Below, piece by piece: positions 39,972 to 51,001 of a stretch of 64,000 bases of DNA. The notes under the pieces are model-generated. The model saw only the letters and a list, made by a program, of their open reading frames with translations. It was not told where the DNA came from and did no database searches. This DNA is from Acidobacteriota bacterium (GTDB lineage Bacteria; Acidobacteriota; Holophagae; Holophagales; Holophagaceae), in the NCBI GenBank assembly GCA_043775845.1, contig JAYVRY010000069.1, forward strand, positions 17,568 to 81,567, read 5' to 3'. The number at the start of each line of letters is the position of its first letter. Positions within the stretch are counted from its first letter, which is position 1. The translations under genes and the position numbers were made by a program.

Positions 39972-40509
39972 GCTCCGCACGCTGCTGCCGACGGGCGCAA
40001 CCCTTCGCGCCGTGGCCATCCACTTCTCCCATGCCTTCCGCGAGGAAGCCGAAGGCCCTGCGGTGTCGCTCCAGGAGCGCCCCTTTGAGCCCGGCGATCT
40101 GAACGGCATCCACCTGGTCATCGCCGCCACCAACGATCCCGAAGCCAACGCCACCATCGCCGCCCTCTGCCGCAGCCGGGGCATCTGGATCAACGCCGTG
40201 GACGATCCCCCCTCCTGCGATGCCTTCTTTGCCAGCACCTTCCGTCGCGGTCCCTGGACCCTGGCCATCTCCACCGAAGGCGCCTTCGCCGGACTTTCCC
40301 GCGCCTTGCGCCTAGCCCTGGAAGACCTGATCCCTGAGCACGATCCCGATTTGCAAACCCTCGTGAATCTTCGTGAACACGCCAAGCAGCTGCCTCCCGA
40401 TGTTCGCAGCCGCGCCCTCCTCCAGCTCCTCGATGATTTCCGCTCGATCTATTTTCCAAAGCCCGACCGCACTCCGGAGTCCCGCGATGTCCACCCAAGC
40501 CACCCCTGA
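39892..40509 (+). CDS. Precorrin-2 dehydrogenase / sirohydrochlorin ferrochelatase (CysG N-terminal/Met8-like)
   Basis: LPLFLDL, VGGGSVA, IAATND, NAVDDP..CD, AISTEG. Confidence 0.88.
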   Translation: MTLLPLFLDLKGKPVLLVGGGSVAQAKLRTLLPTGATLRAVAIHFSHAFREEAEGPAVSLQERPFEPGDLNGIHLVIAATNDPEANATIAALCRSRGIWINAVDDPPSCDAFFASTFRRGPWTLAISTEGAFAGLSRALRLALEDLIPEHDPDLQTLVNLREHAKQLPPDVRSRALLQLLDDFRSIYFPKPDRTPESRDVHPSHP

Positions 40510-42142
40510 GCATCCCGTCGAGGCCCTCAAGCGCGCGTCCCAGCACCTTCGTGGCACCTTGTCCGAAGAGCTGGATGGCCCCGCCGAAGGCTTCAGTCAG
40601 GATTCACAAACGCTGCTGAAGTTCCATGGCCTCTACCAGCAGAAGAACCGGGACAAGGCGCCCGAGACCCCCAAGCATCCCGTGCTCATGGTGCGCGGCC
40701 GCATTCCCGGCGGACGCCTCGAAGCCGCGCAGTATCTGGCCTGGGACCGCATCGCCGACACCTTCGGCGATGGCAGCCTGCGCATCACCACCCGTCAGAG
40801 CCTGGAACTGCACGGCATCGTGAAAGGCGACGCCCGGGCCACCCTGCAGGCCTTGCAGGCGGCCCTGCAAACCACCCAGGGTGCCTGCGGCGACGTGGTG
40901 CGCAACGTGACCCAGGCTCCCAATCCCTGGGGTCGCGCCGATCTGGCCCAGCTGGATGCCCTCGCGCTGCAACTTTCGGATCACTTCCGGGCCCACTCCC
41001 ATTCCTACGCTGAGGTTTGGCTGGATGGCGAGAAGGTGGACGACGCCATCGAGAAAGAACCGCTCCTCGGCGACACCTACCTGCCTCGCAAGTTCAAGAT
41101 GGCCGTCACGCTGGCGGGCGAGAACGCCGTGGATGTCTACACCAACGATCTGGCCTTCGCCGCCACGCTGAAGGGTGGCGCCCTCGATGGCTATTTCGTG
41201 CTGGCGGGCGGCGGCATGGGCATGACCCACAACGACCCCACCACCTTCCCCCGCCTGGCGGATCTGCTGGGCTGGATTCCCGCGGATGCGGCGCTCCGGG
41301 TGGCCGAGGCCGTGGTGGGCGTCCACCGAGATCATGGCAACCGCGGCGACCGAAAGCGGGCCCGCCTCAAATACGTTATCGAACAGCGGGGGCTGGCCTG
41401 GTTCCGCACCGAAGTTGAAACCCGCGCCGGTCTGGTCTTCCTCGATCGGGATCTGCCCCACTGGCAGACCCGCTCTACCTTGGGCTGGCTGGCCCGCACG
41501 AACGGCACCTGGGCCCTGGGTCTGCACACGCTTTCGGGCCGCGTGACGGGTCCCCTCAAGGCCGCCCTGCGCGAACTGGTGGAGCGCCATCAGCTGGCCG
41601 TGCAGTTCACGCCGGATCAGGACGCCATCCTCATCGGCCTTCCCGAATCCGCCAAGGCCGAGGTGGATACGCGCTTCAAGAACCAAGGCCTCGATGTCCA
41701 CAGCCCCGCGCCCCTCTTCGACCGGGCCCTGGCCTGCGTAGCCCTGCCCTACTGCGGCCTGGCCATCACCGAGGCGGAACGCGCGTTGCCCGAACTCCTG
41801 GAACTCATCCAATCCCGCCTCGAAGACCACGGCCTCGCGGACCGCGCGCCCGTGTTCCGCGTGGCCGGTTGCGCCAATGGCTGCTCACGCCCCTACGCCG
41901 CCGAATTCGCCCTCGTGGGCCAGACCCCCGGCAAGTACGCCCTCTACCTCGGCGGCAACGCGGAGGGCACGCGCCTGGCCCGGGAGGTCATGCAGAAAGT
42001 ATCCATCGAAGCCCTCGGGCCGCTGCTGGATCAGCTCTTCACCCTTTGGAAAACCGAGGGCCAAAGCGGCGAAGGCCTGGGCGAATTCGCCCACCGTGTG
42101 GGATTGGACACGCTCCGCGAACAGCTGGCGGTGCAGCCATGA
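40487..42142 (+). CDS. cysI: Assimilatory sulfite reductase hemoprotein
   Basis: KFHGLYQQ, TTRQ, CGDVVRN, YLPRKFK, ACVALPYCGLA, GCANGC. Confidence 0.92.
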   Translation: MSTQATPEHPVEALKRASQHLRGTLSEELDGPAEGFSQDSQTLLKFHGLYQQKNRDKAPETPKHPVLMVRGRIPGGRLEAAQYLAWDRIADTFGDGSLRITTRQSLELHGIVKGDARATLQALQAALQTTQGACGDVVRNVTQAPNPWGRADLAQLDALALQLSDHFRAHSHSYAEVWLDGEKVDDAIEKEPLLGDTYLPRKFKMAVTLAGENAVDVYTNDLAFAATLKGGALDGYFVLAGGGMGMTHNDPTTFPRLADLLGWIPADAALRVAEAVVGVHRDHGNRGDRKRARLKYVIEQRGLAWFRTEVETRAGLVFLDRDLPHWQTRSTLGWLARTNGTWALGLHTLSGRVTGPLKAALRELVERHQLAVQFTPDQDAILIGLPESAKAEVDTRFKNQGLDVHSPAPLFDRALACVALPYCGLAITEAERALPELLELIQSRLEDHGLADRAPVFRVAGCANGCSRPYAAEFALVGQTPGKYALYLGGNAEGTRLAREVMQKVSIEALGPLLDQLFTLWKTEGQSGEGLGEFAHRVGLDTLREQLAVQP

Positions 42143-42873
42143 CCCGCCCGGCCCTGCACGAGGTCATGGATCTCAACGCCCGCTTCCAGGATGCCTCCGC
42201 CGAACAGGTGCTGGCCTACGCCGCGGAAGCCTTTGGCGATCATCTGGCCTTCGCCTGCAGCCTGGGCCTGGAAGACGTGATGGTGGTCGATCTCCTCTCG
42301 CGGTTGCCCAAGCCGCCCCGCATTTTCTTCCTCGATACGGGCCGCCTGAACCCTGAGACCTACGACACGCTGGCCGCCCTCCGGGAGCGTTACGGCCTCG
42401 CCATCGAAACCTACTTTCCGCGCTTCGAGGCGGTGGAAGCCTTCGTGAACAACCACGGCCCCAACGCCTTTTGCGCAAGCCTGGAACTGCGGAAGGCCTG
42501 CTGCGCCGTGCGCAAACTCGAACCGCTCTCGCGGGCGCTGGCGGGCGCAGATGCCTGGATCACCGGCCTGCGCAGCGATCAGGCCGTCACCCGCACGGGC
42601 CTGGAGCACTTCGAGCTCGACAACGCCCACGGCGGCATCCTCAAGATCAACCCCCTGGCCGATTGGAGCCTCGAACAGACCTGGGCTCACGTGCGGGCCC
42701 ACGACGTGCCCTATAACCCACTCCACGACCAAGGCTTTCCCAGCATCGGCTGCGCCCCCTGCACCCGCGCCATCGCGCCCGGCGAAGACATCCGTGCGGG
42801 CCGCTGGTGGTGGGAAGCCCCCGAACACAAGGAATGCGGACTGCACGTGAAGACCACTCAGGAAACGCGATGA
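42139..42873 (+). CDS. cysH: Adenosine 5'-phosphosulfate reductase ([4Fe-4S] type)
   Basis: LDTG, CCAVRK, SIGCAPCT, RAGRW, ECGLH. Confidence 0.93.
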   Translation: MTRPALHEVMDLNARFQDASAEQVLAYAAEAFGDHLAFACSLGLEDVMVVDLLSRLPKPPRIFFLDTGRLNPETYDTLAALRERYGLAIETYFPRFEAVEAFVNNHGPNAFCASLELRKACCAVRKLEPLSRALAGADAWITGLRSDQAVTRTGLEHFELDNAHGGILKINPLADWSLEQTWAHVRAHDVPYNPLHDQGFPSIGCAPCTRAIAPGEDIRAGRWWWEAPEHKECGLHVKTTQETR

Positions 42874-43796
42874 CCGTCACCACGCCATCCCTCACACGAG
42901 CACTCACCCACCTCGACTGGCTCGAAGCTGAAGCCATCCACATCCTGCGCGAAGTGGCGGGCCAGTGCGCCAACCCCGTCCTGCTCTTCAGCGGCGGCAA
43001 GGACAGCCTCGTGCTGCTGCGGCTCGCCGAAAAGGCCTTCCGCCCCGGCCGTTTCCCATTCCCCCTGATGCACATCGACACAGGCCACAACTACGAGGAG
43101 GTGCTCGCCTTCCGCGACCAGCGCGCCGCGGAACTGGGCGAGCGGCTCATCGTGCGCAGCCTGGAGGATGCGATTCTGCAGGGCCGCATCGTGCTGAAGT
43201 CCCCGCTGGAGGCCCGCAATCGCCACCAGAGCGTGACCCTGCTGGATGCCATCGCCGAATTCGGCTTCGACGCCTGCATCGGCGGGGCGCGGCGCGACGA
43301 GGAGAAGGCCCGCGCCAAGGAACGCATCTTCTCCTTCCGCGATGCCTTCGGCCAGTGGGATCCCAAGAATCAGCGGCCCGAGCTGTGGGACCTCTACAAC
43401 GCCTGCATCGACCCCGGCGAAAACATCCGCGCCTTTCCGATCTCCAACTGGACCGAGCTGGATGTGTGGCAGTACATCGAGCGCGAAGACCTGGACCTGC
43501 CCAGCATCTACTTCGCCCACGAGCGCGAGGTGGTGGTGCGCAAGGATGGCGCCCTGGTGCCTGTCACGCCCCTCACGCCTGCGAAGCCGGGTGATGACGT
43601 GCAGCGGCTCTCCGTGCGCTTCCGCACCGTGGGCGACATCACCTGCACGGCCCCCGTGCGCAGCACGGCCACCACGGTGGAAGAGATCCTCCTCGAAACT
43701 GCCACCACCGAACTCACGGAGCGGGGCGCCACGCGCCTCGACGACCAGACCAGCGAAGCCTCCATGGAACAGCGCAAGAAGGAGGGCTACTTCTGA
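42870..43796 (+). CDS. cysD: Sulfate adenylyltransferase subunit 2
   Basis: LFSGGKDS, GGARRDEEKARAKER, WDPKNQRPELW, KKEGYF. Confidence 0.96.
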   Translation: MTVTTPSLTRALTHLDWLEAEAIHILREVAGQCANPVLLFSGGKDSLVLLRLAEKAFRPGRFPFPLMHIDTGHNYEEVLAFRDQRAAELGERLIVRSLEDAILQGRIVLKSPLEARNRHQSVTLLDAIAEFGFDACIGGARRDEEKARAKERIFSFRDAFGQWDPKNQRPELWDLYNACIDPGENIRAFPISNWTELDVWQYIEREDLDLPSIYFAHEREVVVRKDGALVPVTPLTPAKPGDDVQRLSVRFRTVGDITCTAPVRSTATTVEEILLETATTELTERGATRLDDQTSEASMEQRKKEGYF

Positions 43797-45220
43797 TGGC
43801 CACCACCACACCGACTCCGACCCCTACCCCAGGCCTTCCCACCGGCGCAGACGTGGGGAGTACGAGGGGGGACAGAGGCTCCAGCTCCGCGCGCGAAAGC
43901 AAGCGGGAGCACGCTCCAGCGGAGCGTGCGATAGCTGGAGAGCGACCGAAGGGAGCGGGCGGTCCCCCCTCGCTCATGGCAAACCTCGGCGTCCTCCGCT
44001 TTCTCACCTGCGGCAGCGTGGACGACGGCAAGAGCACCCTCATCGGCCGCCTGCTCTACGACAGCAAAGCCATTCTCGCCGACGCCCTGCAGGCCATCGA
44101 GCGCACCAGCAGGAAGCGCGGCCACGCCGAGGTGGACCTGAGCCTCCTCACGGACGGCCTGCAGGCCGAGCGCGAACAGGGCATCACCATCGATGTGGCC
44201 TACCGCTACTTCAGCACCGGCACGCGCAGCTTCATCATCGCCGACGCCCCCGGCCACGAGCAGTACACGCGCAACATGGTCACCGCCGCCAGCACCGCAG
44301 ACCTGGCCCTCATTCTCGTGGATGCCCGCAAGGGCGTGCTCACGCAAACACGGCGCCACCTCACCCTGGCGCACCTCGTGGGCATCCAGCACCTGGTGGT
44401 GGTGGTCAACAAGATGGATCTCGTGGGCTACGATCAGTCCGTGTTCGAGCGCATCCGCACCGAGTTACTGGCCTTCGCCCATGAGCTGGGCGTGGCGGAT
44501 CTCACCTTCCTGCCCCTGTCAGCTTTGGCGGGTGATCTCGTGGTGGATCGCGGCGAGAACTTGAGCTGGTACAAAGGGCCCACCCTCATCGAGTTGCTGG
44601 AATCCGCCGCCCTGGAAGATGGCCGCCAGGACCTGCCCTTCCGGCTCTCCGTGCAGTGGGTTATCCGGCCCCATCAGGATTTCCGCGGCTACGCGGGGCG
44701 CATCGCCGCAGGCCGCGTCAAGGTGGGTGACGCCCTCACGGTGCTGCCCTCGGGCAAGACCAGCCGCGTGAAGGCCCTGCATCTGGGCGAGCAACGCCTT
44801 GCGGAAGCCTTCGCCGGCCAGAGCATCACGCTGGAGCTGGAGGACGACCTCGACATCTCGCGCGGCGACCTGCTGGCTGAAGCAGGCCGCCCGCCGGTCT
44901 CGGCCCGCACCCTCGATGTGGATCTCTGCTGGCTGTCCGAAACACCCTCGCGCGCCGGTGGCCGTTATCTCCTGCGCCACGGGAGCCGCGAGACCCGCAC
45001 TCTTCTGAACGGAACGGCCCAACGCCTGGATCTGAACACTCTTCAGCGCGAGCAGGAAACCCAGCTCGCCATGAATGACATCGCCCGCCTCAGCCTGAAA
45101 CTGCAGCAGCCGCTCCCCGCGGATGCCTACCTGGAAAGCCGCACCACGGGCGCCTTCATCCTCGTGGACGAGACCACGCACGCCACCGTGGCTGCGGGGT
45201 TCATCCGCGGCGCCGAGTAG
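43796..45220 (+). CDS. cysN: Sulfate adenylyltransferase subunit 1 (alternative start 43976)
   Basis: GSVDDGKST, EREQGITIDVAYRYF, DAPGH, NKMD; TGATG coupling to cysD. Confidence 0.95.
   Translation: MATTTPTPTPTPGLPTGADVGSTRGDRGSSSARESKREHAPAERAIAGERPKGAGGPPSLMANLGVLRFLTCGSVDDGKSTLIGRLLYDSKAILADALQAIERTSRKRGHAEVDLSLLTDGLQAEREQGITIDVAYRYFSTGTRSFIIADAPGHEQYTRNMVTAASTADLALILVDARKGVLTQTRRHLTLAHLVGIQHLVVVVNKMDLVGYDQSVFERIRTELLAFAHELGVADLTFLPLSALAGDLVVDRGENLSWYKGPTLIELLESAALEDGRQDLPFRLSVQWVIRPHQDFRGYAGRIAAGRVKVGDALTVLPSGKTSRVKALHLGEQRLAEAFAGQSITLELEDDLDISRGDLLAEAGRPPVSARTLDVDLCWLSETPSRAGGRYLLRHGSRETRTLLNGTAQRLDLNTLQREQETQLAMNDIARLSLKLQQPLPADAYLESRTTGAFILVDETTHATVAAGFIRGAE
43863..43972. mobile_element. 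Palindromic MITE/REP-like element in the cysN 5' region
   Basis: 11-bp terminal IR CGAGGGGGGAC/GTCCCCCCTCG; nested stems CTCCAGCT/AGCTGGAG and GCACGCTCC/GGAGCGTGC. Confidence 0.7.
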
Positions 45221-45226
45221 ATCCCC

Positions 45227-46219
45227 ATGAACTCACTCACCCGCATCACCCTCTTTACCCTCGCCTTCGCCCTTCAAGCCCAGGACATGAAACTCCTCAA
45301 CGTGTCCTACGATCCCACACGGGAGCTGTACCAAGACGTCAACGCCGCCTTCGCCAAGCAGTGGCAAGCCAAGACCGGCCAGAAGGTCAGCATCAACCAA
45401 TCCCACGGCGGCAGTGGCAAGCAGGCCCGCGCCGTCATCGATGGATTGCCCGCCGATGTGGTCACCCTGGGCCTCGCCTACGACATCGACGCCCTGGCTG
45501 AAAAGGGGCACCTGCTAGCTCCGGACTGGCAGAAGAAGCTACCGAACAACAGCACACCCTACACCTCCACCATCCTGTTCCTCGTGCGAAAGGGCAATCC
45601 CAAGGGCATCCACGATTGGAACGATCTCGCGCGCCCCGGCGTGGGGGTGATCCAGCCCAACCCCAAGACCAGCGGCGGCGCGCGCTGGAACTACCTGGCC
45701 GCCTATGGTCAGGCTTTGCGCCAACCCGGCGGCAACGAAGCCAAGGCCAAGGCCTACATCACAGCGCTCTACAAGAACGTCACCGTGCTGGATTCCGGCG
45801 CCCGGGGAAGCACGACCACCTTCATCGAGCGCGGCATCGGCGATGTGCTGGTGACCTGGGAAAACGAAGCCTTCCTGGCCCTCGACGGCGCCACCAAGGA
45901 CAAGTTCGACATTGTGGTGCCCAGCGTGAGCGTGCTGGCGGAGCCCCCGGTGGCGGTGGTGGACAAGGTGGTGGCCAAGCGCGGCACGGCCACCATCGCC
46001 AAGGCCTACCTCGGCTACCTCTACACGGAAGAGGGTCAGCGCATCGTGGCCAAGCACCACTTCCGGCCCCGGTTGGAAAGGGCCGCCAACGCCGCCGACC
46101 ATCTCTTTCCCAAACTGAAGCTGTTCACGGTGGATGAGGCCTTCGGCGGCTGGAAGAAGGCCCACGAGATCCACTTCAAGGATGGGGGCCTCTTCGACCA
46201 GCTCACCATTCGGCGATAG
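45227..46219 (+). CDS. sbp: Sulfate ABC transporter substrate-binding protein
   Basis: [38 protein letters not shown]. Confidence 0.95.
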   Translation: MNSLTRITLFTLAFALQAQDMKLLNVSYDPTRELYQDVNAAFAKQWQAKTGQKVSINQSHGGSGKQARAVIDGLPADVVTLGLAYDIDALAEKGHLLAPDWQKKLPNNSTPYTSTILFLVRKGNPKGIHDWNDLARPGVGVIQPNPKTSGGARWNYLAAYGQALRQPGGNEAKAKAYITALYKNVTVLDSGARGSTTTFIERGIGDVLVTWENEAFLALDGATKDKFDIVVPSVSVLAEPPVAVVDKVVAKRGTATIAKAYLGYLYTEEGQRIVAKHHFRPRLERAANAADHLFPKLKLFTVDEAFGGWKKAHEIHFKDGGLFDQLTIRR

Positions 46220-46227
46220 GAAGCTCC

Positions 46228-47046
46228 ATGGCCAGTGCCCACCGCTCCCTCCCGGGCTTCGGCCTCAGCCTGGGGCTCACGCTGAGCTACCTCAGCGTCA
46301 TTGTGCTGCTGCCCTTGGCCGCCCTGGTGGCCAAGGCCAGCGGCGCCACCTGGCGACAGTACTGGCACGCGGTGTCGGACCCCCGGGTGGTGGCCTCCCT
46401 GCGGTTGAGCCTCCTGGCCAGCTTCGGGGGCGCCCTGCTGAACCTGGGCTTCGGTGTGCTCGTGGCCTGGGTGCTGGTGCGCTACACCTTTCCCGGCCAC
46501 AAGCTGGTGGATGCCCTGGTGGACCTGCCCTTCGCCCTGCCCACGGCGGTGGCGGGCATCGCGCTCACGAAGATCTACTCACCCGAGGGCTGGATCGGCC
46601 ACCTGCTGCCCTTCAAGGTGGCCTACACGCCGCTGGGCGTGCTGGTGGCCCTCACCTTCATCGGCCTGCCCTTCGTGGTGCGCACGGTGCAGCCGGTGCT
46701 GGAGGAGCTGGACGCCCAGGAGGAGGAGGCTGCGGCCTGCCTGGGCGCCAGCCGCTTCCAGACCTTGCGTCATGTGGTGTTCCCTCATCTCGCGCCCGCC
46801 CTGCTCTCGGGCTTCACGCTCGCCTTCGCCCGCAGCCTGGGCGAGTACGGTTCCTTGGTCTTCATCAGCGGCAACCTGCCCTTCCGCACGGAGATCCCGC
46901 CCCTGCTCATCATCAGCAAGCTCGAACAGTACGACTACCTGGGCGCCACGGCCATCGCCACCCTCCTGCTGGCGATCTCGTTCGTGCTGCTCTTCCTCAT
47001 CAACCGGCTCGCCCCCAAACCCCGGAAGGGGGCCGCCCGTGGCTAG
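46228..47046 (+). CDS. cysT: Sulfate ABC transporter permease CysT
   Basis: LPGFGLSLG, DLPFALPTAVAG, FARSLGEYG. Confidence 0.95.
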   Translation: MASAHRSLPGFGLSLGLTLSYLSVIVLLPLAALVAKASGATWRQYWHAVSDPRVVASLRLSLLASFGGALLNLGFGVLVAWVLVRYTFPGHKLVDALVDLPFALPTAVAGIALTKIYSPEGWIGHLLPFKVAYTPLGVLVALTFIGLPFVVRTVQPVLEELDAQEEEAAACLGASRFQTLRHVVFPHLAPALLSGFTLAFARSLGEYGSLVFISGNLPFRTEIPPLLIISKLEQYDYLGATAIATLLLAISFVLLFLINRLAPKPRKGAARG

Positions 47047-47896
47047 GCAGCCTCACTTGAACCTGGCCCGCAGGGAAAGCGCGGGGGTCCGCTGGACCGT
47101 CACGTTGATCGCCTTGGCGTACCTGACACTCTTCCTCCTGGTGCCCCTGGCCGCCGTGTTCACGGAAGCCTTCAAACAGGGCGCCGCCGCCTATTTCAAG
47201 GCCTTCGAGGATGCGGAAACCTGGCATGCCATTCGGCTCACACTGTTGGCCACGGGCCTCGCGGTGGCCCTCAACACGGCCTTCGGGCTCAGTGCGGCCT
47301 GGCTGCTGGGCAAGTTCGATTTCAGGGGACGCAACCTCCTCACCAGCCTCATCGACCTGCCCTTCGCGGTATCGCCCGTGATCTCGGGCCTCGTCTTCGT
47401 ACTGCTCTTCGGCGCCCAGGGTTGGTTCGGCCCCTGGCTCCAAGACCATGATGTCCAGGTGCTCTTCGCCACGCCGGGCATCGTGCTGGCCACCACTTTC
47501 GTCACGTTCCCCTTTGTGGCGCGCGAACTCACGCCGGTGATGCTGGCCAAGGGCCGCGATCAGGAGGAAGCCGCGCGCATGCTGGGCGCCAGCGGCTGGC
47601 AGACCTTCTGGAAGGTGACCGTGCCTTCGGTGAAGTGGGGCCTGCTCTACGGCGTGATCCTCTGCAGCGCCCGCGCCATGGGCGAGTTCGGCGCCGTGAG
47701 CGTGGTGTCGGGCCACATTCGCGGCGAGACCAATACCCTGCCCCTGCACATCGAAGCCCTCTACAACGAGTACCAGTTCGTGGCCGCCTTCGCCTGCGCC
47801 TCCGCCCTCAGCCTGCTGGCCCTCGTCACCCTGGCCCTCAAGGCCTTCGCCGAACGCCGCCGCGACCTGAGTTTGAAACAAGAGACCACCCCATGA
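47039..47896 (+). CDS. cysW: Sulfate ABC transporter permease CysW
   Basis: [27 protein letters not shown]; GTG start overlapping cysT. Confidence 0.94.
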   Translation: MARQPHLNLARRESAGVRWTVTLIALAYLTLFLLVPLAAVFTEAFKQGAAAYFKAFEDAETWHAIRLTLLATGLAVALNTAFGLSAAWLLGKFDFRGRNLLTSLIDLPFAVSPVISGLVFVLLFGAQGWFGPWLQDHDVQVLFATPGIVLATTFVTFPFVARELTPVMLAKGRDQEEAARMLGASGWQTFWKVTVPSVKWGLLYGVILCSARAMGEFGAVSVVSGHIRGETNTLPLHIEALYNEYQFVAAFACASALSLLALVTLALKAFAERRRDLSLKQETTP

Positions 47897-48981
47897 GCAT
47901 CCACATCGATTCCGTCTCCAAACGCTTCGGCAACTTCGCCGCCCTGCAGGACGTCACCCTCGCCATCCCCGAGGGCCAACTGGTGGCCCTGCTGGGCCCT
48001 TCGGGTTCGGGCAAGACCACCCTGCTGCGCATCATCGCGGGCCTGGAGTCGCCCGATAGCGGCGGTGTGCGCATCCACGGCGACGCCAAACCATCCATTC
48101 ACACCCAGCGGAAGGTGGGCTTCGTCTTCCAGCACTACGCCCTCTTCAGCCACCTCACGGTCTTCGAGAACGTGGCCTTCGGACTGCGTGTGCGGCCCCG
48201 CTGGCAGCGGCCTTCCAAGGCCGAGATCCAGGCTCGCGTGCAGAAGGTGCTCGCCATGGTGCACCTGGACTGGGCCGGCCACCGCATGCCCGATGAACTC
48301 AGCGGCGGCCAGCGCCAGCGCGTGGCCCTGGCTCGCGCACTCGCCATCGAGCCGGAAGTGTTGTTGTTGGACGAACCCTTCGGCGCCCTGGACGCCCAGG
48401 TGCGCGTGGAGCTGCGCCAGTGGCTGCGCCGCCTCCACGAGCAGACGGGGCTCACGTCAGTATTTGTCACCCACGATCAGGAAGAGGCCATGGAAGTGGC
48501 CGACCGCATCGTGGTGCTGAACCAAGGCCGCATCGAACAGGACGGCACGCCCCAGGAAGTTTACGAAAAGCCCGCCACGCCCTTCATCTACCAGTTCATC
48601 GGCCAGGTGAACCGCTTCCGTGGCCGCATTCGCGATGGCCAGTTCCAGGTGGGTGAAGCCTCCGTGGCCCTGGGCGATCCCACCCACGCCGAAGGTTCCC
48701 GCATGGAGGGCTTCCTGCGCCCCCACGACCTGGATCTCGCCTTGGCGACCAGTCCCGGCGCCCTGCCCGCCACCATCACGCGCATTCAAGCACTTGGGCC
48801 CCTGGCGCGGGTGCGCCTCTCCGCCCGCCACGACGACTCCGACCTGGAAGCCCACCTCTCCAGCGATGAGCTCAGCCAGTTGGGGCTCAAGGTGGGCCAG
48901 CAAATCTACGTAAAACCCAAACGCATGGATCTCTTCCCTGATACTGCACCCAGGGCTGCGGGAGATGACTGGGTGATCTGA
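47893..48981 (+). CDS. cysA: Sulfate ABC transporter ATP-binding protein
   Basis: [33 protein letters not shown]-like C-terminus. Confidence 0.95.
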   Translation: MSIHIDSVSKRFGNFAALQDVTLAIPEGQLVALLGPSGSGKTTLLRIIAGLESPDSGGVRIHGDAKPSIHTQRKVGFVFQHYALFSHLTVFENVAFGLRVRPRWQRPSKAEIQARVQKVLAMVHLDWAGHRMPDELSGGQRQRVALARALAIEPEVLLLDEPFGALDAQVRVELRQWLRRLHEQTGLTSVFVTHDQEEAMEVADRIVVLNQGRIEQDGTPQEVYEKPATPFIYQFIGQVNRFRGRIRDGQFQVGEASVALGDPTHAEGSRMEGFLRPHDLDLALATSPGALPATITRIQALGPLARVRLSARHDDSDLEAHLSSDELSQLGLKVGQQIYVKPKRMDLFPDTAPRAAGDDWVI

Positions 48982-48988
48982 GCGGAAT

Positions 48989-51001
48989 CTAGACGTCTGC
49001 CTTCCGCACATCAATGCGGTTGTCGTAAAAGGTACTGCCGCCGCCACGATCCGTGAGGCGCTGGCTGGTGAGGGCGTTGACGGTGGCGCGGTCCTTGGAG
49101 AAGGCCGACCAGGCCACACCCTCCACCACGGCCAGGCCCTTGGGCACGCGATCCGTGACCTCCGCCACGAGGTGCACCTCGCCGCGATCATTGAAGGCCG
49201 TGACTTCGTCGCCAGTGGTGATGCCGCGCTCCGCTGCATCCGCAGGTGACAGCCGGATTGTCGAAGCGATCTTCCGCGCCGGCAGATCCTCCCGCTCCAT
49301 GAAAGTGCTGTTCAGGCTGAAGAGGGAGGGCGCCGTCATCAGGGCCAGCGGATGCGGATCACCTTCGGAATGGCAGGCGATGGGATGCGGCAAGGGGTCG
49401 GCTTCGCGCGCATTGAGAATCTCCACTTTGCTGCTGGGGGTTCCAAAGGGTGGCGGCAGGTTCGGGACCTTCAAGCGGATGGTGCGGCCTTCCCCCAGCG
49501 CGGTGCGGTCGAGGCCCTGGAACCAAGGGCTATCTCCCGCCAGCAGGGTGTCGATGATCTCGTCGGCGCTCTGGCTGAAGATGGGCTCGCCGAAACCCAT
49601 GCGCGCCGCGAGGGCCTGGAAGGTGGCCCAGTTCGAGCGGCTCTCCCCCACGGGCGAGATGGCCGCCTTCACCCGCTGGATGCCGTGGTGGCCGTAGGAG
49701 CGGTAGAGGTCCGGATGCTCCAGTGAACTGGTCGCGGGCAACACCAGATCCGCATAGGTGGCCGTGTCCGTGAGGAAGCGCTCGTGAACCACGGTGAAGA
49801 GATCCTCGCGCAGCAGCCCGGCCCGCACGGCGTTCTGATCCGGCGCCACCGCCGCCGGGTTGGAGGCGTAGACGTAAAGCGACTTCACGGGTAGCGAGGC
49901 CGCAGGATCCAGCACCTCGCCCAGGCGGTTCATGTTCACCATGCGTGTGGGCTTGGCCTGGAAGTCCTCCCGCAGGAGCTTCTGCAGGGGAAAGGCACCG
50001 CTGGTGGACGTGCCCAGGAAGGCCCCGCCCGCAGGCTTGAGATACGCGCCCACCAGCGCGGGTAGGCAGAGGATGAGGCGCGTGGTCATGGCGCCGTTGC
50101 CGTAGCGGGTGATGCCATTGCCCAGCTGGATCTGCGAATTGGCAGCGGCGGCGTAGGCGTCCGTGAAGGCGCGCAGCGCGGTCTCGTCGACACCTGTTTT
50201 CGCTGCCACCACCAGCGGTGGGAACTGGGGGAGCACGTCCCGCGCGAAGGCCTCGAAGCCCAGGACGTGCTGCTCAAGGAAGGCGAGATCGAGAGCCCCC
50301 ATCGATTGCAGGAGGTGCATCACGCCAGCGGCCAGAACACCATCGGTACCAGGGCGGACCAACAGAACATGATCGGCGTGATCCGTGGTCCCCGTGCGGT
50401 AGGTTTCGATGGCCCATACCTTGGCGCCGCGCCGCCGTGCCTCGCGAACGAACTGAAAGCCGTGGAGGTTGGTGGCCAGGGCGTTGATCCCCCAAAGCAC
50501 CACCAGATCCGCGCCCAACACGGCCTCGGGTTCAGGCGCCGGCGTGCTGCCCAACACGGCGGCCTGACCTGCGCCCTTCGCGGGGGTGCAGATGGTGCGA
50601 TCCAGGCGCGAGGCGCCCAGGCGGTGGAAGAAGGGATGACCCGCGTTGCGCTGGACGAGGCCCATGGTGCCGGCGTAGGAATAGGGCAGGATGGCCTCGC
50701 CGCCGAAGCGATTCACGATGTCCTTCCATCGTTCGGCGATTTCATCCAGGGCTTCATCCCACGACACGGGCTTGAAGGCGCCCGCGCCCTTGGGGCCCAC
50801 CCGCCGCAGCGGCGTCTTGAGCCGTGCATCCGCGTGTACGCTGCGTTCGTAGTGGGCCATCTTGGGACAAAGGGTGCCCTGGTTGAAGAAGTGGTCGGGG
50901 TCACCCTTCACGGACAGGGCCCGCTCACCCTCGACTTCCACGAGCATCCCGCAGGCATCTGGACAGTCGAAGGGGCAGACAGATCGGTGCCACTCAGTCA
51001 T
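48989..51001 (-). CDS. Cytoplasmic molybdopterin (bis-MGD) oxidoreductase, substrate unknown
   Basis: CPFDCPDAC..C [4Fe-4S] motif, VSWDEAL, YADLVLPA, C-terminal MGD-binding domain; no Tat signal; GGAG RBS. Confidence 0.9.
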   Translation of the reverse strand: MTEWHRSVCPFDCPDACGMLVEVEGERALSVKGDPDHFFNQGTLCPKMAHYERSVHADARLKTPLRRVGPKGAGAFKPVSWDEALDEIAERWKDIVNRFGGEAILPYSYAGTMGLVQRNAGHPFFHRLGASRLDRTICTPAKGAGQAAVLGSTPAPEPEAVLGADLVVLWGINALATNLHGFQFVREARRRGAKVWAIETYRTGTTDHADHVLLVRPGTDGVLAAGVMHLLQSMGALDLAFLEQHVLGFEAFARDVLPQFPPLVVAAKTGVDETALRAFTDAYAAAANSQIQLGNGITRYGNGAMTTRLILCLPALVGAYLKPAGGAFLGTSTSGAFPLQKLLREDFQAKPTRMVNMNRLGEVLDPAASLPVKSLYVYASNPAAVAPDQNAVRAGLLREDLFTVVHERFLTDTATYADLVLPATSSLEHPDLYRSYGHHGIQRVKAAISPVGESRSNWATFQALAARMGFGEPIFSQSADEIIDTLLAGDSPWFQGLDRTALGEGRTIRLKVPNLPPPFGTPSSKVEILNAREADPLPHPIACHSEGDPHPLALMTAPSLFSLNSTFMEREDLPARKIASTIRLSPADAAERGITTGDEVTAFNDRGEVHLVAEVTDRVPKGLAVVEGVAWSAFSKDRATVNALTSQRLTDRGGGSTFYDNRIDVRKADV

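Noticed and set aside
48989-51001. Selenocysteine or formate dehydrogenase call for the molybdoenzyme
   Set aside because: No in-frame TGA, no partner subunits and no FDH-specific motif recognised
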